A stretch of 64,000 bases of DNA from Trichinella spiralis (lineage: Eukaryota), in contig NW_003526943.1 of NCBI RefSeq assembly GCF_000181795.1, forward strand, positions 9,222,849 through 9,286,848, given 5' to 3'. Every line of letters begins with the position of its first letter. The first letter of the stretch is position 1. A program made the translations under genes and the position numbers. The notes beneath the pieces are model-generated. The model did no database searches. It was not told the DNA's origin and saw nothing but the letters and a program-made list of their open reading frames with translations. This document shows positions 55,201 to 64,000 of the stretch, one piece after another.

Positions 55201-58200
55201 TAAATTGCAAAATTTTATCCGCCAATGAAGGTATTTTTTGTATAGGTGAACATGAAAATATTTTCAAAATACTCTCGAAATGTTTGTAATTACAATAAAA
55301 TGTATATTTTAAAATTTTCTACATTTTAATAATTGTTTATTTGTTTCATATATGTGAAATACATTTAGCTTATTTAAACGTGTTCAAACTGCTCACAGTT
55401 TAGCAAAATTTGGTATTCAATTTGTTGAAAGTAAAAATTTGAACAATAAGATTACCGTAAACTTTAATCTGTTCACTTTCAACTGTTTTGACTAGAAACC
55501 GAAAAGGCATTGTAAAATCAAACTAAACCTCAAATATCACAAGAAATGAATACTGCTAAAATAAACATTTCTTGAACGCTCTTCAAAAGTAGCATACGTT
55601 TCGAATTAATTCAGTATTCTAATTCTTTTAATGAAATAACATAATAAAAAACTTCCAGCGCAGATGCATATAATGTGAACAGTCTTTTTTGGATGTGCAT
55701 ATAAATAAAGCATAATTTGTATTGGAAGAAAACATTTCTTTCCTTTGAAAATTTAACAGTAGCATTCAAAGATAAAAATGTAATATGCTTCTGAGATTGC
55801 ATAGCACTGTTATTTTTAAAACTTTATTGTTCAAATAAATATAAGCAAATGTTAAAAACGCAATAACTAAAAGGTACACTGCTAATGATAATACAGTAAT
55901 GCTGAAGTTCAAACTGTATTCAATTGACATTACAGCTTTACAAACAGATTTAACAACGTAATATATAACAAAGCAAAATATACAACAAGATTTTGCGTTC
56001 ATGCATGTCTATTGTTCAAAAATATCTTTATGATTAAGATTTCGTTAAGATTTAAGACCACGGCGTCAGCAGAATGGAACCCAGTCTTAAATCTCCTGTA
56101 TATTTAAATAAGTGAGCCCTTAATTTTTGCATTTTAGAAAGTTCATTCTTATTCTTCAACTAACTTTTATTAATTTATTTCTGTTTTATTACTATGGTTT
56201 ATCACTGTTTTATCAGATTAATGGTGATTAATGATTTTTGTTTCTACATTTATTAATAAAACTGATTTAAGTGTGAGGTATGCGTAATGTTGCTGATGAT
56301 TATTATTTTGTCTTAGATACAAAGTAAGAAAGCAGTGTTTTTTGCAATATATTTTTAATTTTTAATATACTTTAAAAATAATAAATACTTTAAGTGATCT
56401 AAGCTATATTTAACAATCAATATGGTAGATTTCATTTTAAGAAAAAATTTCACATAATAATGATTTGCTAGGCATTAGAAATTACAACTTTATTTCTGTT
56501 CAATGATTAAAAATTCCAAACGTGCTTACGAAAGCTAAGACTGACAAATATTGGACAAACATTAAATCCCAAAATATGCAAATCATGCTGATGCCAAACA
56601 GCAAACACAGTGTTACTGTTTATTGTTTACAAATGTAGAACAAAATACAGAAACTATATTTGTGAACTCTGAATAGAGGAATGGTGCCAAAAATGGATAT
56701 TTGAAAAATATTACTGCCTTTTATTTTATTGCACTAAGTAAATCCCAAATAGTTGCAAACAAAACAAGGCGCTTTTAAGCTTGAAAGTGTATTTGTTTTG
56801 CAGATATTAATGTCACTTTTTAAGAATGGAAAAATGCAAAAACAGTCATCACATGAAAGTATATGATTGCAATGCAATGAAAATGGAAAAGAATTTTCGA
56901 ATATTCAAATAGCTGGATTCGATTTAATAATTTAAAAAACAAAACGGTTCAATTTTAATGAGAGAAATATGTATATATATGATTAAAAAAAACATGGCTA
57001 TGTATTTCCATAAATTTGAAGCTAATTTTTTTCATTAAAACACAAACATCTTCTTATAAAACTTCAATCTGTAATGCAACTGATGCTAGTTTAATGATTT
57101 AATTGTTCATAGTATTCTTGAAAAATTATGAATGTCAAATATTTTCATAAAATGAAAAGTAACTTACTCGCTTTTTTACAATGAACAACAGTTCCAATGA
57201 AGCCACATTGTACATCACATTTGCAAAATTTTTTATTCAAAAAATATGAACATCAGTAAGATGAAATTGGGAGTATTTCCGTGTAATTTACATTTATTGA
57301 ATTTTTAATACGTACGTAACTGTTTATCTGATGAGCAGAAATCATTTTTTCCATAGTTTCTTTCTTTTTTCTTTTCTGTTTTTTATTTATAAATATTATT
57401 CACTGTTCGAAGGCAACAATTGAACTATGAAAGCAGAAATGATTGGTGCACTCAATTGCATACGGTATCGATTTAACAAGCCGTGCTCTGTCAAACTTTA
57501 AAACAAACTGAAGATGATTAAAGAGATGAATGATGAGCGCATGTCAGTAAACAAGAATGACACACTCATAATCTGTAGTTGCAGTATTAAAAATCAAAAT
57601 TGCCAATGCTTTTCCCACTGGATGTGAACACGTTCAGTCGTAAATTATAAAACAAAAGAAACAGAAACTTATACTCGTTATACATATTAAGTTTCTAAAT
57701 CGACAATGATACGTTCATCTTTTAAAAATTTGAAATAAATTACCCTAGGAAAAGTGAAATGTCGTTAGCGTAAAATGGAATATACTCATTTACTTGTGTA
57801 TATATGGTGTAGTTGGATTTTTTTGCACAAATTGCTCTTTAAAATAATAAATGATATTATCTTTTTGAAATGCATTAAAATAAATTTTCTGACAAGCAGA
57901 AGTTTGACATTGATTATCAATTACAATAGCTCAGATAAGTTTCATTCAAAATGATTAATAATCTTTGCACTATTGTTGAAGAGGGCATGATTTCATTGCA
58001 ACAAGGATATCATCATCATCATCATCATGTATTGAATTTAATCTAACACTTACGGTTGTTTTATTTTAATTTCCATTATTTTAATCATTTAATTTAATAA
58101 ATTATAGCAGTATTTTTTAATGCAATGCAAAGGCGCATTCAGCAAATCCAAAGAATCATCAATCAAACAAAAGCACAACTTTAAATTAATAACCTCATCC

Positions 58201-59417
58201 GACCTGCATTTTATTGGATTGATTTGGCATGCTCATGATTTTCATTTAACAGAAGAAATAAAGTATTTTTCAGTGACTCAATTACATTCATACATATATA
58301 TATATATACATTATTATACAGCTATGTTTGCCTTTAAGCATTTCTATATTCAAAGTTTAGAAAATGAAGTAATTATAAAAGCTATCATTATTATCATTAT
58401 ATTGAATGAAACGCTGAATGCTGTTCCCGAAATTGCTGAAAGCTTTAGATGCCCGATTTAATTACATTTTCTGTTCCAAATAAACATCCTGCGCAAAGAA
58501 ATATATATGCAATAAAATAATGCTAATGTTTATAAAAACTGTCACATTTTTTCAGAAATTCAATGCTTTAATGAAATGGAAAATCAATGAAAGCTTATTT
58601 TCAAGTTTAACATGCAACAAGCAAAATGTGAATCAAATTTAGATTAAATTCTTTTGCTTAATAATGAAATACACTTTCGACACTGATATGTAATAAAAGT
58701 ATATTACGTGTGTCAAAAATTGTTTTGCAACATTCAATAGCAGAGATTCACATAAGCCGGCTATGTAATTTTCAAAAAAAGAATGTGATTTTAAAAAATC
58801 TTTCTTGTTTCTTAAAATATTTTACCTGCATTAGCATAGATAATTTAAATAGTATTTTAAAGTTAGACGCTTTTTCCGTTTCAAGGAAAGCTGATTTATA
58901 TATTTTCAAAAACCTTTTCCCATGTTGATTTATTTTCTTCCATAAAAAATGTGCTTTAATCAATAACAAATTTTCATAATCACTTTTATAAACTGATTGT
59001 CACAAAGATCATTATAAAAAAATTTACAGAAGAATAAATGCATTGTTTAGTAATAATTTTAATTTAAGTTGCTCTCAATTTTTATATATCACTTAATCAA
59101 TGGATTGAAAATTAATAAATAAAATTTTGAAAAATTAAAATAACTTCAAAAGTATTTTATTTTTGAATGTTGTCATTCCATTTCTTTATATTAAAATGGA
59201 ATATGAAAAATAAAGCAAAATATCTACATCCAGAATTCATAACATTGAAAATGAATCTAAAGTTTGGTTTCGATGTTGAATTAAAAGTTCAAATTTAAAA
59301 ATTTCCTCCTTTTCTATTTGATAATTATCAGGAAATTTTTTTTTTTCATGTTTTAATATTTGGCCTATCTGGTATAATAATTACACCCTGTTTCTATTCC
59401 AAATTCAAATTTGGATA

Positions 59418-59427
59418 NNNNNNNNNN
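59418..59427. other. Assembly gap (10 N)
   Basis: Run of N in the sequence. Confidence 1.
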
Positions 59428-59489
59428 CAAAGCTTCAAGCAAGAGATAAAATTGTGGGGGTAATTTATGTTCCCACATATAAAAGGGTG

Positions 59490-59663
59490 CGTCACTACTA
59501 TTAAAGTTACGTAATCCTAAATTGAACATTTGAACCAATGAAATGAAAAAATATTACAGCTAATCACAATGGAAAGATTTGAATCAATGAGCAATTAGAC
59601 AAGGAAAGCCAATAAGATAACGACTTATCGGCCCAATAAAATAGCGCAGTCAACGACCAATAG
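59490..59663 (+). repeat. Dispersed repeat copy 2 (CCAAT-array family)
   Basis: CACTACTATTAAAGTTACGTA...CCAATGAAATGAAAAAAT...TTTGAATCAATGAGCA...AGACAAG...CCAATAA is shared with 61395-61552 and the reverse complement of 30283-30456. Confidence 0.85.
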
Positions 59664-61044
59664 GAGTAACGTAGGACCGGTCTGGACCATCCCTTGAAGA
59701 AAGGATATTTGAACGTAAAGGTAAAATGAATTTGATTGAGAATCAGTAAAGGTGAAAAGAGTAAAGGATAACTTATAATAAAACAAATTAGTATTAATAA
59801 TTTTTATTTTCGATAGGGGCTAGGGGTCGATAAGGCATCAAGGAATCCATAAGGTCCTTATTGAACAATAACAAAATATAGAATGAAAACATTGGTATTA
59901 AAAATGCTGATCACTGAAAAGTGTGAAATGTAAAAAACATTTTCACAGAAAATAATTATTATATGAATAATAAAACTTCATGAATATGGATTAAATTAAA
60001 TTTAGTTAATCCTTGAAAATGATAAAGTTAAGTCATTAGTAATAAAATTGCGTTATTTAATATTCATTACCAAAAATTAAAGTGGAACAAATCATCGAAA
60101 TCAAAATTACGACTTTTTATTTCAAACGTTCAACTCCTATAATTGAGATGCAAGTGAAAAGGTTGCCAAGTTTGCAAATGCAAACAGTAATGTAATGGCA
60201 ACTTAAGTTTTCGACATTCCAGTAGTCGATTTAATTTGGATCATAAAAAATAAAGTTTACACAATTTGCATAAAATTATAAATAAGTTTTTCTTTTTTCT
60301 CTAAATTAAATTTCATTCTTTACTTTTTATTTAAATAAAACCTAAAAATAAACGAAATAGCACTGTGCAAGGGTGAAAAGAAAACTTTAAAAAATTATAA
60401 TTCTTTGATTGAAAACAAGAAAGATTTGAAGAAATCAGTGTTGATCTAGTTGATCTGCTGCAGTTTAAGAACTGATCGTTTAAGAAAATTGGCCCTCTTA
60501 AGTTTCCTTTATCACAGATGTCTATTATCTGCTTTATCTCTGAGCTAAGATTATTTGAAAAATCAGTCACGCTGAAATCAGAAAAGCATTTCGATGCTAA
60601 GATTTATTAGTAGCCACTGCTAGTTTTAGCAGAACAGCTTCAGCTGTGGACCATGTATTATTCCTCTTCGTGCTTACATCGCCTTTACCAATTCATCTAA
60701 TTTGACATGAAGTGCGAACAATTTCTGACAAAGGCGTACTCACCATATGCATAAAACTAGTAAAATTGCAGAGAAGAATGTATTTTGCCTGACGGGCGAG
60801 AAAAACTGTTCTTTGACATTGCTTCGAACAGTATTTAAGCTCTCAGGCAAAAGAAAGATTCCTTTTTGTAGTTTCTTATACTCGCAACTGATGATATATC
60901 TGAACTACGTCTTGTACCATATTGTCGCGGTAATATGTCCCTTGTATATGAAGGCAGGGCATGCAAATTGAAACACGTCAGTAAACAGAAAAAATATTTG
61001 AGGCGTTCAAACCTATGCGCTGAATGTACAGCGTGTATTCCTTG

Positions 61045-61552
61045 TTATTAGTGATTATTTTTTAGCCGTTCTTTACTATTGTTGTTGTTGCTGTTGGATA
61101 GTAAAAAATTCAGATCACTATTTAACATATTTTTTGGGTTGTTTTTGCTGAGTTATTACTATCACGTTTGACGTAACTTCATTGTGATGCAGTGAAATGT
61201 AGAATAATGATTAAAATTATTTTTGAAAATGTTGATCCTCACTGGATAAAAATCACTAAAAAGTATAAACTTCACTATAAATAATATATTTAAAAAACAA
61301 AATTTCGATGAATGATAAAACTACGTTAATTTTGATAAAAAAACTCAAAAAAATTTTGGAATAATAAAAAATTTTTTAGCTACTAATGTTATGCCACTAC
61401 TATTAAAGTTACGTAATCCTAAATGGAAATATTTGAACCAATGAAATGAAAAAATGCTGCAGCTATCACAACTGAAAATTTTGAATCAATGAGCAGTTAG
61501 ACAAGAAAAACCAATAAGACTAAAATATGCAGGTCCAATAAAATCGCGCATT
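61045..61552 (+). repeat. Dispersed repeat copy 3 (CCAAT-array family)
   Basis: Same core as the other two copies, plus an upstream extension matching the reverse complement of 30470-30760. Confidence 0.8.
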
Positions 61553-62835
61553 TAACAATTAGTAAAAAAACTGTGAAAATTTAGTCCGAATTAGACCAAT
61601 CTCATTAATTAATGAAAATAAAATTTTATTAAATAATCTCATTTAAGAACTTTTAGGAAATTTTAATTTTTTCAAATACATAGATTAAAAATAATAGTGA
61701 TATTTAACAAATAGAACACATCAAAGAAAACCAATTAAAATCAGAAGTGAAAATAGGCGGGATTTCTCTTGGGATAAACAGTTCTACACCATTTATCATT
61801 ATGATTAACCTGATTAAAATCTAATGATGTCTAAAAGGTTATTAAACGATTTGACCTTATAATGATGTTCATTGTCAAATTAGGGCAAAAGTGTGTTTAG
61901 GGTATCTCATAGTTCTATATTTTATAAGTACATTATTCTTAATATGAATTAACTAATTGTTTTTTATTTTACTATAAAAAATTTCATCTTTCTTAAGGAG
62001 GTCTTCATTGTTTTGGCTCTTATTAAAAAGATGTTTAAGTCTACCATTTGGGAAAAAATTACGAAATGAATTATACCCTATGTTTCCAGAAAACCTAATT
62101 TTTTATTGAGCAAATTTTGTTAAAATATTCCACAAAACTAAAACAATATAATCGATTACATATTTTGTTGAAAGGAAAATTTTTTTAATAATTTATTGTG
62201 AAAAATCTGTTGTCTTATACATTCTGCCTGCAATTTTAAGGCTTACTTTGGTACTGTCATACTTATTCAGAAATGTTAACATAAATTCAATAATTGTTTA
62301 GTCAACTGGTTTTCAGTTCTTTGGCATCACGAAAGTGAAAAGTTCCTATTTAGCTGAATTCAAAATATTCACCAAATTGTATCTATCCAAAAATGTCTGA
62401 AATTTTTTCATTGAAACATCTCATTGGTATTAAAAAAAACATTTCATTGGCCAGTAGTCAATTAATAAAATTCATAGTTATATTTTTCAACGCTAAGTGA
62501 CTGTTAATGCAATCTGAAATCAACTTTGTTCTAAATTTAAAACTTTCTACTAAGCAGTTTTTCAAGAATTTATTATTTTTGGGATTAATGTCTCATTTAT
62601 ATAAAAAGGTTTAGATGACAAACTTTTATTTATTAGAGTTTAATCAATCAATCGATACATACTAAAATAACAGCGAGAAATAAATGAATTCACATTTTCA
62701 TTTGCTCTATTTTAATTGCGCAGTAAAATACTGACAAAAATATGAATAAGAATCAGTAAGAACAATAGAACAGACAAAGGCAATAGAATTGACAAAAGTA
62801 GGTCAGCAAAGTCATCAAATTATTTTCTTAATTGA

Positions 62836-62962
62836 AACCAATCAGAGATCGATTTGTATCTACTAATTGTCCTCAAGAGGTCACACAGGCAAATATTGAC
62901 CAATCATATTCTTTTTGCCCTTATTGTTCCTTTTAGTTCACTGAAAATTCTCATTATAAAAG
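62836..62962 (+). promoter_or_regulatory. Histone H4 core promoter (CCAAT boxes ~62838 and ~62900, TATAAAAG 62955-62962)
   Basis: AACCAATCA and GACCAATCA motifs, plus a TATA box ~60 bp upstream of the ATG. Confidence 0.6.
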
Positions 62963-63016
62963 CGTACACTACTCATTTCTGCGCCATTTTGTGAATTTGT
63001 TATCTTGTTGCATTAG

Positions 63017-63331
<315 letters not shown>

Positions 63332-63369
63332 TTTTTACTTTAATTTTTAATTTTACTTTAAAACCCAAC

Positions 63370-63385
63370 GGTCCTTATTAGGACC
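63370..63385 (+). terminator. Histone mRNA 3' stem-loop
   Basis: GGTCCT-TATT-AGGACC (6-bp stem, 4-nt loop) preceded by AAACCCAAC, ~40 nt after the H4 stop. Confidence 0.9.
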
Positions 63386-64000
63386 ATTAATGTTTTATTA
63401 TTAAATTGCAATTATGGTATTAAAAAAATTAACATTTTTTGGCTATTTCAAAAATATTTATTAGGGATATGATATTTCATGTAGCAAATGATGTTTTTTA
63501 AAAAGCTGCATTTATAAGTGTAAAGTTTTTAAATATGTAAAATATAAAAGATGTATTTGAAGCACAATTTTTGGTTTTCGTATTACATGATACATTTTGC
63601 TGAAAGCAATTTTCTCACTTAAAAGGGTATTTTTTTTCTGCTTTAGTTTGTGATTATAGTTCAATTCTTTGTTATATGGTGTTTTTTATCTGCTTGCCAA
63701 TAGCATTGTTAATAAGAAAAGCAGACCAATAAAATCATCACTTAAGTAATTTAGAATGTTACAAATGGCACAACAGTATTTTATAATAAAAGCTTTTGAT
63801 GAGTTCATGCTTCCGCAAGAAGTTATCAAACTTTATATTATTTGCTTGCTTTGCTAATTCATGATTTTCTTATTCTGCTCAGCTACGTTTTTAGTATCAG
63901 CTTTACTCAAGTGAATAATGCATTTCATCTCAATAAATCAGTAATGGTTAAGTAAATAACCTTTGGATTTTTCAATCATGTTTAGCTTTTTCATCATGAT

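Noticed and set aside
56048..56094. 11-bp inverted repeat with a 25-nt loop
   Set aside because: Too short and AT-rich for a miRNA precursor or MITE call, and no other copy was seen.
57328..57341. CTGATGAG...GAAA hammerhead-like core
   Set aside because: There is no room for stem II and no flanking stems.
59853..59868. GGTCCTTATT, resembling half of the histone stem-loop
   Set aside because: The 3' stem arm is missing and there is no histone ORF upstream.
60331..60971. Possible decayed transposase (Cys-rich, piggyBac-like) between repeat copies
   Set aside because: No frame gives a convincing motif by eye. It needs a profile search.

Overview
AT-rich eukaryotic genomic DNA with short GT-AG introns. 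The gene style and content suggest a clade I parasitic nematode such as Trichinella (inference, not verified). The first 45 kb is gene-dense: MGRN1/RNF157 RING E3 (-), bestrophin (-), epsin (+), EFR3 (+), a frameshifted C2H2 zinc-finger copy (+), mitochondrial dicarboxylate carrier SLC25A10 (+), a divergent PAICS (-), a tetraspanin (+), a C2H2 zinc-finger gene (-), a CK1-family kinase (-) and a claudin/PMP22-superfamily gene (-). An AT-rich desert of about 17 kb follows, holding one tRNA-Lys(CTT), and then a solitary divergent histone H4 with a 3' stem-loop. Mobile DNA includes two BEL/Pao remnants, a solo LTR with a 4-bp TSD nested in an inverted LTR fragment, a hAT end inserted at the RT YVDD codons, three pogo/Tigger-like MITE copies, and a dispersed repeat carrying CCAAT boxes phased every 24-25 bp. 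The most intriguing signal is a non-gag coding fragment of about 100 codons joined directly to a BEL/Pao gag remnant (5262-5590). It resembles the C-terminal lobe of a negative-sense RNA virus nucleoprotein and is a candidate endogenous viral element. Exon boundaries were read by eye and are approximate.
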